This document shows, in pieces, positions 7,753 through 18,351 of a DNA stretch of 64,000 nucleotides (within the stretch, counting starts at the first letter, position 1; every line of letters starts with the position of its first letter). This DNA is from Pseudomonas aeruginosa PAO1 (lineage in GTDB: Bacteria; Pseudomonadota; Gammaproteobacteria; Pseudomonadales; Pseudomonadaceae), in the NCBI RefSeq assembly GCF_000006765.1, contig NC_002516.2; one strand, given 5' to 3'. Under the pieces are notes generated by a model that saw only the letters and a list, made by a program, of their open reading frames with translations, was not told the origin of the DNA and made no database searches. The position numbers were made by a program, and so were the translations under genes.

Positions 7753-9228
7753 ATGAGCACCAGTGCCGCACAGCAAGGCCGGAACCAGAACGGCGAATAC
7801 AACATTCTCGACAGCATCATCGCCGAGACCCGCCTGAGCCCGGACGACGAGGCCTACGACATCGCCAAGCGCGGCGTCTCCGCCTTCATCGAGGAATTGC
7901 TCAAGCCGCAGAACGACGGCGAGCCGGTGAAGAAGGCGATGGTCGACCGGATGATCGCCGAGATCGACGCCAAGCTCAGCACGCAGATGGACGAGATTCT
8001 CCATCATCCCGATTTCCAGGCGCTGGAGTCGGCCTGGCGCGGCCTGCAACTGCTGGTCGACCGCACCAACTTCCGCGAGAACATCAAGATCGAGATTCTC
8101 AGCGTTTCCAAGCAGGACCTGCTGGACGATTTCGAGGACTCGCCCGAGGTGATGCAGTCCGGCCTGTACAAGCACATCTACACCGCCGAATACGGCCAGT
8201 TCGGTGGCCAGCCGGTCGGCGCCATCATCGCCAACTACTACATGTCGCCCAGTTCGCCCGACGTCAAGCTGATGCAATACGTCTCCAGCGTGGCCTGCAT
8301 GGCCCATGCGCCATTCGTGGCGGCCGCCGGTCCGAAGTTCTTCGGCCTGGAAAGCTTCACCGGCCTGCCGGACCTGAAGGACCTGAAGGATCATTTCGAA
8401 GGCCCGCAGTTCGCCAAGTGGCAGAGCTTCCGCCAGTCCGAGGATTCCCGCTACGTGGCGCTGACCGTACCGCGCTTCCTGCTGCGCACGCCCTACGATC
8501 CGGAAGAGAATCCGGTCAAGTCGTTCGCCTACAAGGAGACCGTGGCCAACAGCCACGAGCATTACCTGTGGGGCAACACCGCCTATGCCTTCGGCACCAA
8601 GCTGACCGACAGCTTCGCCAAGTATCGCTGGTGCCCGAACATCATCGGGCCGCAGAGCGGCGGTGCGGTAGAGGACCTGCCGTTGCACCACTTCGAGAGC
8701 ATGGGCGAGATCGAGACCAAGATCCCCACCGAGGTGCTGGTGTCCGATCGCCGCGAGTACGAACTGGCCGAGGAAGGCTTCATTTCCCTGACCATGCGCA
8801 AGGGCAGCGACAACGCCGCGTTCTTCTCCGCTAGCTCGGTGCAGAAGCCGAAGTTCTTCGGCATCAGCGCCGAAGGCAAGGCCGCGGAGCTGAACTACAA
8901 GCTCGGCACCCAGTTGCCGTACATGATGATCGTCAACCGCCTGGCCCATTACCTGAAGGTCCTGCAACGCGAACAGCTGGGGTCGTGGAAGGAGCGTACC
9001 GACCTCGAGCTGGAGCTGAACAAGTGGATCCGCCAGTACGTCGCCGACCAGGAAAACCCCAGCGCCGAAGTGCGCGGCCGTCGCCCGCTGCGCGCTGCAC
9101 AGATCATCGTCAGTGACGTCGAGGGCGAGCCGGGCTGGTACCGCGTCAGCCTGAACGTGCGCCCGCACTTCAAGTACATGGGGGCGGACTTCACCCTGTC
9201 GCTGGTCGGCAAGCTGGACAAAGAGTAA
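7753..9228 (+). CDS. tssC2: T6SS contractile sheath large subunit TssC (HsiC2)
   Basis: 491 aa. ILHHPDFQALESAWRGL, YLWGN and QLPYMMIVNRLAHYLK motifs. Confidence 0.96.
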   Translation: MSTSAAQQGRNQNGEYNILDSIIAETRLSPDDEAYDIAKRGVSAFIEELLKPQNDGEPVKKAMVDRMIAEIDAKLSTQMDEILHHPDFQALESAWRGLQLLVDRTNFRENIKIEILSVSKQDLLDDFEDSPEVMQSGLYKHIYTAEYGQFGGQPVGAIIANYYMSPSSPDVKLMQYVSSVACMAHAPFVAAAGPKFFGLESFTGLPDLKDLKDHFEGPQFAKWQSFRQSEDSRYVALTVPRFLLRTPYDPEENPVKSFAYKETVANSHEHYLWGNTAYAFGTKLTDSFAKYRWCPNIIGPQSGGAVEDLPLHHFESMGEIETKIPTEVLVSDRREYELAEEGFISLTMRKGSDNAAFFSASSVQKPKFFGISAEGKAAELNYKLGTQLPYMMIVNRLAHYLKVLQREQLGSWKERTDLELELNKWIRQYVADQENPSAEVRGRRPLRAAQIIVSDVEGEPGWYRVSLNVRPHFKYMGADFTLSLVGKLDKE

Positions 9229-9240
9229 GCGGAGCTTTCC

Positions 9241-9648
9241 ATGACTGGATACGGCAGCCTGTTCGAGCGCCTGAACGGCGACGCGGATAAGCGCGTCGGC
9301 TGGAGCCGCGAGGTTTCCGCCATGGCGTCGGTGGCTGCCCATCTGGGCAAGATGCTCAGCACCCGGGCGGGCAGCGTGCAGACGCTGTCCGACTACGGGT
9401 TGCCCGATCTCAACGACATGCGCCTGAGCCTGCACGACTCCCTGAGCCAGGCCCGCTCGGCCATCGAAGGTTTCATCGAGGCTTACGAACCGCGCTTGAG
9501 CGACGTGCGTGTCGTTTCCCTGCCACGCGACAACGACCAGCTCCGCCTGGCCTTCAGCATCGAAGGGTTGCTGGAGGTGGAAGGTTTCAAGCGCCAGGTG
9601 AGTTTTTCCGCATGCCTGGATGGCAGCGGCCAGGTGAAGGTCAGCTAA
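9241..9648 (+). CDS. tssE2: T6SS baseplate TssE (gp25-like, HsiF2)
   Basis: 135 aa. LSTRAGS, DYGLPDLND and YEPRL motifs. Confidence 0.92.
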   Translation: MTGYGSLFERLNGDADKRVGWSREVSAMASVAAHLGKMLSTRAGSVQTLSDYGLPDLNDMRLSLHDSLSQARSAIEGFIEAYEPRLSDVRVVSLPRDNDQLRLAFSIEGLLEVEGFKRQVSFSACLDGSGQVKVS

Positions 9649-9658
9649 GGAGGTTTCG

Positions 9659-9982
9659 ATGTCCGGCAAACCCGCAGCCCGCGTTTCCGATCCCACCGCT
9701 TGTCCGCTCCCCGGGCACGGCAGCAATCCCATCGGCGTCGGTTCCGCCGACGTGTTCTTCGACGGCCTCGCGGCGGCCCGCCAGGGTGACGCCTCGGCCT
9801 GGCGCTGTACCGCTTCGATGCCTGGTTCGTCCATGAGGTCTTCTGAGATGGGCGCGAATCGGGTCGATTACGGAAAGACAACGGACACCGTGGGTTTCCG
9901 ATCTTCAGGCCAGAAATGTCATTGCGGTTTTGGCGGCAGCGGTCAGACGACTGCCATCAGTGAAACGATATCCAGCAGGTAA
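9659..9982 (+). pseudogene. Degenerate or internally deleted PAAR-domain ORF (107 aa, still open)
   Basis: MSGKPAARVSDPTACPLPGHGSNPIGVGSADVFFDGLAAARQGDASA is a clear PAAR N-half and similarity is lost afterwards. Strong SD AAGGAGG. Confidence 0.75.
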
Positions 9983-9985
9983 GCC

Positions 9986-11773
9986 GTGTCCTTCAATCAT
10001 TACTACCAGAGCGAACTCACCGCACTGCGCCAGCTGGGGCGCCGTTTCGCCGAGCGTAGCCCGGCCCTGGCCCCGTTTCTCGGGCAGGTCGGACGCGATC
10101 CGGATGTCGAGCGCCTGCTCGAGGGCTTTGCCTTCCTGACCGGGCGGTTGCGGCAGAAGCTGGACGACGAGTTGCCGGAACTCAGCCACTCGATGATGCA
10201 CCTGCTGTGGCCGAACTATATGCGCCCGCTGCCGGCTTTCAGCATTCTCCAGTTCGACCCCCTGACCCGCCCGGGCGGGGCGCTGCGCGTGGAGCGCGAT
10301 ACGCCGGTCGAGAGCCGGCCGGTGGGCGAGGTCGCCTGTCGCTTCCGTACCTGCTACGCCACCGAAGTCCTGCCGCTGGTGCTGGAGGCGCTCAACTATT
10401 CGGTGACCGGCGAGGGTGCGCTGCTCGGCCTGCGCCTGGCGATGAACTGCGACGGGCATCTCGGCGAGCTGGGCCTGAGTCGGCTGCGCCTGCACCTGGC
10501 CGGCGAGCGCTACATCAGCCAGATGCTCTACCTGTGCCTGCTGCGCAACCTGGAGAGCATCCAGCTGATTCCGCTGGACGCCCATGGGCGGCCGCTGGAT
10601 GGCGTGGCCGGCAAGCCGATGTCGTTCCGCCTGACGGGCGAGCGGGTGCAGCCGGTGGGGTTCGCCGAAGACGAGGCGTTGATTCCCTATCCGCTGAATA
10701 CCTTCCGTGGCTATCGCTACCTGCAGGAATACTTCGCGTTCCAGGACAAGTTCCTGTTCGTCGACGTGGATGGCCTTGACCTGCTCGGCGCGCTGCCCGA
10801 GGAAACCCTCAAGCAGGTCCGCGGCCTCGAGTTGCGCTTCGATATCCGCAAGAGCGGCATCCAGCGCCTGCACCCGACGCTGGAGAACGTCAAGCTGTAC
10901 TGTACGCCGGTGGCCAACCTGTTCCGCCACGATGCGCTGCCGATCCGCCTCGACGGCAAGCAGGACGAGTACCTGCTGATGCCGGCCGAATACAGCCTGG
11001 AGGACTGCGGGGTGTTCTCGGTAGAGGGCGTCACCGGCTGGCGGCCGGGCGGGCTCGGCTACCAGGCCTATGTGCCGTTCGAGTCCTTCGAGCACGATCC
11101 CAGCTTCGACGTCCCGGAAGCACGGCCCCACTACAGCGTCCGGCAACGGACCTCGTTGCTGCACGATGGCCTGGACACCTACCTGAGCTTCGGCATCCGC
11201 CATCCCGAGCAGATCGAGACGCTGTCGGTGGAACTGACCTGCACCAACCAGAACCTGCCCCAACGGCTGCGCCTGGGCGATATCTGCGTCGCTTGCGAAG
11301 GTACGCCGGAGTTCCTCGGTTTCCGCAATATCACCCCGGCGACGCCGAGCTACGCGCCGCCGCTGAACCGCGATTTCCTCTGGAAACTGATCAGCAACAT
11401 GTCGCTCAACTACCTGTCGCTGGCCAACGTCGACGCACTCAAGGTGATCCTCGAAACCTACGACCTGCCGCGCTACTACGACCAGCATGCGGCGAAGGTC
11501 AGCAAGCGCCTGCTGGGCGGGCTCAAGGCGGTCCGCCACGAGCATGTCGACCGCCTGCATCGGGGCCTGCCGCTGCGCGGCTTGCGTACCGAGCTGACGA
11601 TCGATCCGGAAGGCTACATCGGCGAGGGCGACCTGTTCGTGTTCGCTTCGGTTCTGAACGAATTTTTCGCGCTTTACGCCAGCATCAACTCCTACCACGA
11701 GTTGCGGGTGAGGAGCACACAGGGAGACGTGTACCAATGGAAACCGCGCATGGGTTTGCAGCCCCTGCTGTAA
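9986..11773 (+). CDS. tssF2: T6SS baseplate TssF (HsiG2), GTG start
   Basis: 595 aa. YYQSELTALRQLG, DPDVERLLEGFAFLTGRL, LYCTPVANLF and LNEFFALYASINS motifs. Confidence 0.94.
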   Translation: MSFNHYYQSELTALRQLGRRFAERSPALAPFLGQVGRDPDVERLLEGFAFLTGRLRQKLDDELPELSHSMMHLLWPNYMRPLPAFSILQFDPLTRPGGALRVERDTPVESRPVGEVACRFRTCYATEVLPLVLEALNYSVTGEGALLGLRLAMNCDGHLGELGLSRLRLHLAGERYISQMLYLCLLRNLESIQLIPLDAHGRPLDGVAGKPMSFRLTGERVQPVGFAEDEALIPYPLNTFRGYRYLQEYFAFQDKFLFVDVDGLDLLGALPEETLKQVRGLELRFDIRKSGIQRLHPTLENVKLYCTPVANLFRHDALPIRLDGKQDEYLLMPAEYSLEDCGVFSVEGVTGWRPGGLGYQAYVPFESFEHDPSFDVPEARPHYSVRQRTSLLHDGLDTYLSFGIRHPEQIETLSVELTCTNQNLPQRLRLGDICVACEGTPEFLGFRNITPATPSYAPPLNRDFLWKLISNMSLNYLSLANVDALKVILETYDLPRYYDQHAAKVSKRLLGGLKAVRHEHVDRLHRGLPLRGLRTELTIDPEGYIGEGDLFVFASVLNEFFALYASINSYHELRVRSTQGDVYQWKPRMGLQPLL

Positions 11774-12744
11774 GCGCGCTGGCCCGGGGCATTCGCGAGT
11801 ACTCGCTGTTCCAGGCGGTCCTGCTGGTCATGGATCGCCTGCGCCAGGAACATCCCGGCCTGGGAGACGAGGCGCTCTACGATCAGTTGGAATTCCAGGC
11901 CAATCCTAGCCTCGGCTTCCCGGGCAGCGATGTCGATCGGGTGGAGTTCTTCGAAGAGCGCGGCATGCTGCGGGCGCGGCTGCGTTTCAACCTGATCGGC
12001 TTGTTCGGTGCCAGTTCGCCGTTGCCGGCGTTCTACAGCGAGCAGGCTCTGGGCGACAGCGAGGAGGGCAATCCTACGCGGAACTTCCTCGATCTCTTCC
12101 ATCACCGCCTGCATCGGCTGCTGTTGCCGATCTGGCGCAAGTACCGCTACCGGGTGAGCTTCCAGAGCGGCGCGAGCGATGCGTTTTCCGCCCAATTGTT
12201 CGCCCTCGTCGGATTGGGCGGGGAAGAGATCCGCAAGGCCAGGGAACTGAACTGGAAACGCCTGATGCCCTACCTGGGCCTGCTCAGCCTGCGGGCGCAC
12301 TCGGCGGCCTTGATCGAGTCGGTGCTGCGCTACTACTTCAAGCATGCCGAACTGGTCGCCGAGCAGTGTATCGAACGGCGCGTCGCGATCCTCGAAGAGC
12401 AGCGCAACCGGCTCGGCCTGTTCAACAGCCAGCTTGGCGAAGACGCGGTGCTGGGCGAACGGGTCCGCGACCGCAGCGGCAAGTTCCGCATTCATATCCG
12501 CCAGCTCGACTGGCAGCGCTTCCACGAGTTCCTGCCGATCGGTCCCGGCTACCAGCCGCTTTGCGCGCTGGTTCGCTTCACCCTGCGCGACCCGCTCGAC
12601 TACGACATCCGGCTGGTCTTGCGCCACGAGGAAATCCGTGAGTTCCGCATCGGCGCGCAGAACGCCTGCCGCCTTGGCTGGACCAGCTGGCTGGGCCGGG
12701 AGCGCGCCGATGGCGTGGTGACGCTGGGCAGCAAGATTCATTAA
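11737..12744 (+). CDS. tssG2: T6SS baseplate TssG (HsiH2)
   Basis: ATG 11737 overlaps the tssF end, 335 aa. LIGLFGASSPLP, FLDLFHHRL and LGWTSWLG motifs. Confidence 0.92.
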   Translation: METAHGFAAPAVSALARGIREYSLFQAVLLVMDRLRQEHPGLGDEALYDQLEFQANPSLGFPGSDVDRVEFFEERGMLRARLRFNLIGLFGASSPLPAFYSEQALGDSEEGNPTRNFLDLFHHRLHRLLLPIWRKYRYRVSFQSGASDAFSAQLFALVGLGGEEIRKARELNWKRLMPYLGLLSLRAHSAALIESVLRYYFKHAELVAEQCIERRVAILEEQRNRLGLFNSQLGEDAVLGERVRDRSGKFRIHIRQLDWQRFHEFLPIGPGYQPLCALVRFTLRDPLDYDIRLVLRHEEIREFRIGAQNACRLGWTSWLGRERADGVVTLGSKIH

Positions 12745-12750
12745 GGATGG

Positions 12751-15384
12751 ATGAGCATGATCAACGTAGACCTGCAACAACTGATTCAGGCGCTGGATGC
12801 CGACACCCGGCGCGACCTCGAAGGCTCGGCCGAGCGCTGCGTAGCCCGTGGCGGCAGCAAGGTACTGGTGGAGGACCTGTTGCTGGGTCTGCTGGAGCGT
12901 CCCCAGGGACTGCTGGCGCGCGCCCTGCAGGATGCCGCGGTGGACGCCGGCGAACTCAACGCCGCGTTGCAAGCGCGGGGCGAGCACAGCGCCTCGCGCA
13001 ATCCGGTGTTCGCGCCCGAGCTGGTGCAGTGGCTGCAGGATGCGCTGTTGCTGGCCAACCTCGAACTGGGCCGTAGCCAGATCGACCAGGCGGCATTGAT
13101 CCTGGCCCTGCTACGCAACCCGTTGCGCTATGCCGGCAGCCGCTACCAGCCGCTGCTGGCGCGGCTCGACATCGAGCGGTTGAAGGATTTCGCGCTCTCG
13201 CAGCCGCTGGAGGGCGCGCCCAGCGGCAAGCCGGGCGGCGGCGAGTCCCTGTTGCAGCGTTTCACCCACAACCTTACCCAGCAGGCGCGCGACGGCAAGC
13301 TCGATCCGGTGCTCTGTCGCGACGGGGCTATTCGCCAGATGGTCGACATCCTGGCCCGTCGGCGGAAAAACAACCCCATCGTGGTCGGCGAGGCTGGCGT
13401 CGGCAAGACCGCCATCGTCGAAGGCCTGGCCTCGCGGATCGCCGCAGGGGAAGTGCCGCCGGCGCTGAGGGACGTCGAGCTGTTGTCCCTCGACATGGGC
13501 CTGTTGCAGGCCGGTGCCAGCGTGAAGGGCGAGTTCGAGCGGCGCCTGAAAGGCGTCATCGACGAAGTGAAGGCAGCGCCCAGGCCGACCATCCTGTTCA
13601 TCGACGAGGCCCATACGCTGATCGGCGCGGGCGGTCAGGCCGGCGGCTCGGATGCCGCCAACCTGCTCAAGCCGGCCCTGGCACGTGGCGAGTTGCGCAC
13701 CATCGCGGCGACGACCTGGGCCGAATACAAGAAGTATTTCGAGAAGGACCCGGCGCTGGCCCGGCGCTTCCAGCCCGTGCAGTTGCATGAGCCGAGCGTT
13801 GCCGAGGCGGTGACGATCCTGCGTGGCCTGGCCCGGGTTTACGAGGAAAGCCACGGTATCTACCTGCGCGACGACGCGGTGGTGGCCGCCGCCGAACTGT
13901 CCGCCCGCTACCTGGCGGGTCGCCAGTTGCCGGACAAGGCCGTCGACGTCCTCGACACCGCCTGTGCGCGGGTGCGCATCAGCCTGGCGGCGGCGCCGGA
14001 GAGCCTCGAGCGCCTGCGCGGCGAGCTGGCCGAAGGCGAGCGCCAGCGCCAGGCCCTGCGCCGCGATGCCGAGGCAGGCCTGCCGATCGACCACGATGCC
14101 CTGCAGGCGCTGGAGGAGCGCCTGGCCCAGGCGGAAAGCGAGCGGCACGTACAGGAGGACCAGTGGAGCCGCCAGCGCGAACTCGCCGAGCGCCTGCTCG
14201 CCCTGCGCCAGCAATTGGCCAGGGCCCGCGAGGCGAACCGGGAAGAGCAGGGCAGCGAGGCGGACGCGGAGGCTTTCCCGGCCGACGAGCATGGCGGTGT
14301 CGAAGCCTTGGAAAAGGCCCTTCACGAAACCCGCCAGGCACTCGCCGATGCCCAGGCCCAGGGGCGGCTGGTCAGCTTCGAGGTCTGCCCGCGCCTGGTT
14401 GCTGAGGTGATCGGCGCCTGGACCGGCGTACCGGTGGAACAACTGGCGCGGGAACACAACGCCAAGGTGATGGGGTTCGCCGACGACCTGCGGACGCGGA
14501 TCCGTGGCCAGGAACAGGCGGTCAGCGCCCTGGACCGCGCGATGCGCGCCACCGCGGCCGGGCTGAACAAGCCCGATGCGCCGGTCGGCGTGTTCCTGCT
14601 GGTGGGCCCGAGCGGGGTGGGCAAGACCGAGACCGCGCTGGCGCTGGCCGACCTGCTGTATGGCGGCGAGCGTTTCATCACCACCATCAACATGTCCGAG
14701 TTCCAGGAGAAGCACACCGTCTCGCGCCTGATCGGCGCGCCGCCCGGCTATGTCGGCTATGGCGAGGGTGGCATGCTCACCGAGGCGGTACGCCAGAAGC
14801 CCTATTCGGTGATATTGCTGGACGAGGTGGAGAAGGCCGATCCGGACGTGCTCAACCTGTTCTACCAGATCTTCGACAAGGGCGTGGCCAACGATGGCGA
14901 AGGGCGCGAGATCGATTTCCGCAATACCTTGATCCTGATGACCTCCAACCTCGCCAGCGAGCACATCGCCGCGCTTTGCCAGGACGGCGCGCGGCCTTCC
15001 GCCGAACTCCTGGAGGAAACCATCCGGCCGGCGCTCAGCCGGCATTTCAAGCCGGCGCTGCTGGCGCGCATGCGCGTGGTGCCTTACTACCCGGTGGGCG
15101 GCCCGGTACTGCGCGAGCTGATCGAGATCAAGCTGCAACGCCTCGGCGAGCGCCTGGCGCGCCGTCAACTGGCTTTCGACTACAGCCAGGCGCTGGTGGG
15201 CCACCTGGCCGAGCGTTGCACCCAGAGCGACAGCGGCGCACGGTTGATCGACCACCTGCTGGACACGCACCTGCTGCCGCTGGTGGCCGACCGTTTGCTG
15301 GAAGCGATGGCGCGCGACGAGCGTCTCGAGCGGGTCCATGCGACGCTGGGCGAGCACGGGCGCGTGCTCTGCGAGTTCGCCTGA
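12751..15384 (+). CDS. clpV2: T6SS AAA+ ATPase ClpV2 (TssH)
   Basis: 877 aa with two Walker A motifs ([16 protein letters not shown]) and two Walker B motifs ([16 protein letters not shown]). Confidence 0.97.
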   Translation: MSMINVDLQQLIQALDADTRRDLEGSAERCVARGGSKVLVEDLLLGLLERPQGLLARALQDAAVDAGELNAALQARGEHSASRNPVFAPELVQWLQDALLLANLELGRSQIDQAALILALLRNPLRYAGSRYQPLLARLDIERLKDFALSQPLEGAPSGKPGGGESLLQRFTHNLTQQARDGKLDPVLCRDGAIRQMVDILARRRKNNPIVVGEAGVGKTAIVEGLASRIAAGEVPPALRDVELLSLDMGLLQAGASVKGEFERRLKGVIDEVKAAPRPTILFIDEAHTLIGAGGQAGGSDAANLLKPALARGELRTIAATTWAEYKKYFEKDPALARRFQPVQLHEPSVAEAVTILRGLARVYEESHGIYLRDDAVVAAAELSARYLAGRQLPDKAVDVLDTACARVRISLAAAPESLERLRGELAEGERQRQALRRDAEAGLPIDHDALQALEERLAQAESERHVQEDQWSRQRELAERLLALRQQLARAREANREEQGSEADAEAFPADEHGGVEALEKALHETRQALADAQAQGRLVSFEVCPRLVAEVIGAWTGVPVEQLAREHNAKVMGFADDLRTRIRGQEQAVSALDRAMRATAAGLNKPDAPVGVFLLVGPSGVGKTETALALADLLYGGERFITTINMSEFQEKHTVSRLIGAPPGYVGYGEGGMLTEAVRQKPYSVILLDEVEKADPDVLNLFYQIFDKGVANDGEGREIDFRNTLILMTSNLASEHIAALCQDGARPSAELLEETIRPALSRHFKPALLARMRVVPYYPVGGPVLRELIEIKLQRLGERLARRQLAFDYSQALVGHLAERCTQSDSGARLIDHLLDTHLLPLVADRLLEAMARDERLERVHATLGEHGRVLCEFA

Positions 15385-15394
15385 GGTGGGTGCG

Positions 15395-16906
15395 ATGTTC
15401 AGCCGCGTACCGCAACCCCTGGCCTTCGCCGAAGCCCTGCTCGCTCAGTTCGGCGCGCTGTCGCGGGAAACCGACATCACGGCCCTGCTGGGCGGTTTCG
15501 CACGCGCAGTCGGCGAACTCAGCGGCTGCGAGCTGAGCCAGTTGTATCTGCTCGACCAGACCCATACCGCGCTCACCCTCAACGCCGAATGCCGGGACGG
15601 CCTGTTGCAGGCGCTGGAGCCGTCGAGCCTGCCGGCGGACTACACCGGCGAGCAGTTGCTGCAGTTCGCCCTGTGCCAGAACCGCGTGGTCAGTCTCGTC
15701 GACCTGCCGTCGCGGCTGCACGAGACCGGCTTCCTGCCGGCAGGGGAGCAGCCCTGGCTGTCCCTGCTCTGCGTTCCGCTGGTGAGCCCGGAGAAAACGG
15801 TCGAGGGCATGGTGGTCTGCGCTACCCGGCGGCCATTGGACCTGCAGGGATTCGCCCATCCACTGGGCCAGCTGGGCTCGTTCGTGCTGGCCCAGCTGCA
15901 TCTGCTGCAACGCCTCTCGCAACCCTCCGGCGAGCCGCAGGGACCGTCCAGCGCACCGGTGGTCAGCGGCTACGGGCTGATCGGCAGGAGCGCGGCGATG
16001 CGTGAGACCTGCCGCCTGATCAGCAAGGTCCTGCACAACCCCTATACCGTGTTGCTGCAGGGCGAGACCGGCACCGGCAAGGAGGTGGTCGCACGGGCGA
16101 TCCACGAGTACGGCCCGCGGCGTGCACAGGCGTTCGTGGTGCAGAACTGCGCGGCGTTTCCGGAAAACCTGCTGGAAAGCGAGCTGTTCGGCTACCGCAA
16201 GGGCGCCTTTACCGGTGCCGAGCGCGATCGTCCCGGGTTGTTCGATGCCGCGGATGGCGGAACCCTGCTGCTCGACGAAATCGGCGACATGCCCCTCTCG
16301 CTCCAGGCCAAGCTGTTGCGCGTGTTGCAGGAAGGCGAGATTCGCCCGCTCGGCGGCAACGATACGCACAAGGTCGATGTACGCATCATCGCCGCTACCC
16401 ACCGTGACCTCGCCCTGCTGGTACGCGATGGCAAGTTCCGCGAAGACCTCTACTACCGGCTGGCGCAGTTTCCCATCGAGTTGCCGCCGTTGCGCCAGCG
16501 CGAGGGCGACGCCCTCGAACTGGCCCGGCATTTCGCCGAGCGCGCCTGCGTGTTCCTGCGCCGCGCGCCGCTGGGCTGGTCCGCGGAAGCGCTGGAACTG
16601 CTCGACGGCTATGGCTTTCCCGGCAACGTTCGGGAGCTGAAGGGATTGGTGGAATGCGCGGTACTGCTCTGCGAAGGCGAGATGCTGCTGGCCGAACACT
16701 TTTCCCTGCGCGCGCCCCCGGAAGCGGAGGCGCCGCTCAAGCTGCGCGAGCATCTGGAGCAGATCGAACGGGACCTGCTGCTCGCCTGCCTGCGCAGGAA
16801 CGCTGGCAACCAGACCCTCGCCGCGCGCGAACTGGGTCTGCCGCGACGAACCCTGATCTATCGCATGGGACGCCTGAACATTCATTTCGGCGATCCCCGG
16901 ACCTGA
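15395..16906 (+). CDS. sfa2: Sigma54-dependent enhancer-binding activator Sfa2 (GAF-like, AAA+, HTH)
   Basis: ATG 15395, 503 aa. GETGTGKE, ESELFGYRKGAFTGA and C-terminal NQTLAARELG HTH. Confidence 0.94.
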   Translation: MFSRVPQPLAFAEALLAQFGALSRETDITALLGGFARAVGELSGCELSQLYLLDQTHTALTLNAECRDGLLQALEPSSLPADYTGEQLLQFALCQNRVVSLVDLPSRLHETGFLPAGEQPWLSLLCVPLVSPEKTVEGMVVCATRRPLDLQGFAHPLGQLGSFVLAQLHLLQRLSQPSGEPQGPSSAPVVSGYGLIGRSAAMRETCRLISKVLHNPYTVLLQGETGTGKEVVARAIHEYGPRRAQAFVVQNCAAFPENLLESELFGYRKGAFTGAERDRPGLFDAADGGTLLLDEIGDMPLSLQAKLLRVLQEGEIRPLGGNDTHKVDVRIIAATHRDLALLVRDGKFREDLYYRLAQFPIELPPLRQREGDALELARHFAERACVFLRRAPLGWSAEALELLDGYGFPGNVRELKGLVECAVLLCEGEMLLAEHFSLRAPPEAEAPLKLREHLEQIERDLLLACLRRNAGNQTLAARELGLPRRTLIYRMGRLNIHFGDPRT

Positions 16907-16994
16907 AGCCCATGATCGAGATTTCCTTCCAACCAGCCCAGCCGGGCGCGCGCCTGGAGCGCGGCGTCCGCGGCCCTTCCATGGAGACTCCCTG

Positions 16995-17135
16995 ATGCCT
17001 GTTCGTCACTGGCCCGCCGTGCTTCTGGCCCTGGCCGTCCTCTGCGGCCTCGCCGGTTGCAGCGGCAACTACAAATTCAACGACGGCGACTATCGCCCGC
17101 TTGGCGATCCGCAGGCGGTCAATCGCGGCAAGTGA
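16995..17135 (+). CDS. Small T6SS-associated lipoprotein (OrfX-type, 46 aa)
   Basis: MPVRHWPAVLLALAVLCGLAGCSGNYKFNDGDYRPLGDPQAVNRGK with a GGAG SD and an LAGC lipobox. Below the ORF-track cutoff. Confidence 0.8.
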   Translation: MPVRHWPAVLLALAVLCGLAGCSGNYKFNDGDYRPLGDPQAVNRGK

Positions 17136-17152
17136 CCGCAAGGAGCGATCTC

Positions 17153-18346
17153 ATGGAACTGGTATTGGAAATGCTCAGCGCCAAGCAATTCGTACCGACG
17201 GAGCTATGCAGCAAGACCTTCGGCAGGAACGGCGGCCTCATCGGCCGCGGCGGTGAGTGCGATTGGGCGATTCCCGATCGCAAGCGGCACCTGTCCAAGC
17301 AGCATGCGCGGGTCAGCTATCGCAACGGCGCGTTCTACCTGACCGACACCAGCAGCAACGGCATCCGCGCCGGCAACGGCAGCCGCCTGCCGCATGGCGA
17401 GCCGCAGCGCATCGAGCAGGACAGCGTCTTCCTGCTCGGCGACTTCGAGATCCGCGCGCGGTTGCTGCGCGAGCCCGACGAGCTCGCCATGGACGTCGGG
17501 CGGCCGCAGCCGGCGGGCAGCATCATTCCGGACGATGCCTTCCTGGCCCTCGATCCGTTGCAGGCGCTCGACCAGGACGGTGCAGATGCCTACGAACTCG
17601 ACGACCTGAGCGCGATCGCCCAGCCCAGTCATGAGGCCGGGGCGCGTGCGGACTACGCGCGGATCGACATGGAAAGCCTGGTCGTACCGGAGCTGGTGCC
17701 CGCCCCGGCGGCTCCGCAGGAACCCGTGGAAAGTCCGCCTCCGGAACGCGACGAAGCCTTCTGGCAGCGTTTCGGCCAGGCGCTCGGAGTGGACCTCGAA
17801 GGCCTCGACGGCGCTGCGCGCGAAGCGCTGGCGATCGACGCCGCCGGTTTGCTGCGGCAGTGCATCGGCGGCTTGCAGCAGAGCCTGCGGACCCGCAGCG
17901 AACTGAAGAACGAACTGCGCCTGTCGCTGAGCACATTGCGCGATACCGGCAAGAATCCCTTGCGCTTCAGCGCCGATGCCGGCGAGGCGCTGGGTCATCT
18001 GCTACGGGATGGCAAGCCTGGCCAGTTGAGTGGCGAACAGGCCGTCGCACGCAGTTTCCGCGACCTCCAGGCACACCAGGTGGCGCTACTCGGCGCCAGC
18101 CGGGCGGCGGTGCGCGCGACCCTCGAGCATTTCTCGCCGCAGCAGCTGGCCCTGCGTTTCGAGCGCGACGGTCGCCGGCCGTTGCTGGCCACCTCGGGCA
18201 GCCGCTGGCGTGCCTATGGTCGCTACCACCAGTCGCTATGCCAGGACGACGATTGGAGCGAGCGTCTGTTGGCGCGTGATTTCGCCCAGGCCTACGAAGA
18301 GCAGGTTCGCCTGATTTCCACCCTCTACACCGAGCACCAAGGATGA
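17153..18346 (+). CDS. fha2: T6SS FHA-domain protein Fha2 (TagH)
   Basis: ATG 17153 after AGGAG, 397 aa. FHA motifs IGRGGECDW, LSKQHA and DTSSNG, plus C-terminal KNPLRF and AHQVALL. Confidence 0.92.
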   Translation: MELVLEMLSAKQFVPTELCSKTFGRNGGLIGRGGECDWAIPDRKRHLSKQHARVSYRNGAFYLTDTSSNGIRAGNGSRLPHGEPQRIEQDSVFLLGDFEIRARLLREPDELAMDVGRPQPAGSIIPDDAFLALDPLQALDQDGADAYELDDLSAIAQPSHEAGARADYARIDMESLVVPELVPAPAAPQEPVESPPPERDEAFWQRFGQALGVDLEGLDGAAREALAIDAAGLLRQCIGGLQQSLRTRSELKNELRLSLSTLRDTGKNPLRFSADAGEALGHLLRDGKPGQLSGEQAVARSFRDLQAHQVALLGASRAAVRATLEHFSPQQLALRFERDGRRPLLATSGSRWRAYGRYHQSLCQDDDWSERLLARDFAQAYEEQVRLISTLYTEHQG

Positions 18347-18351
18347 TCGCC

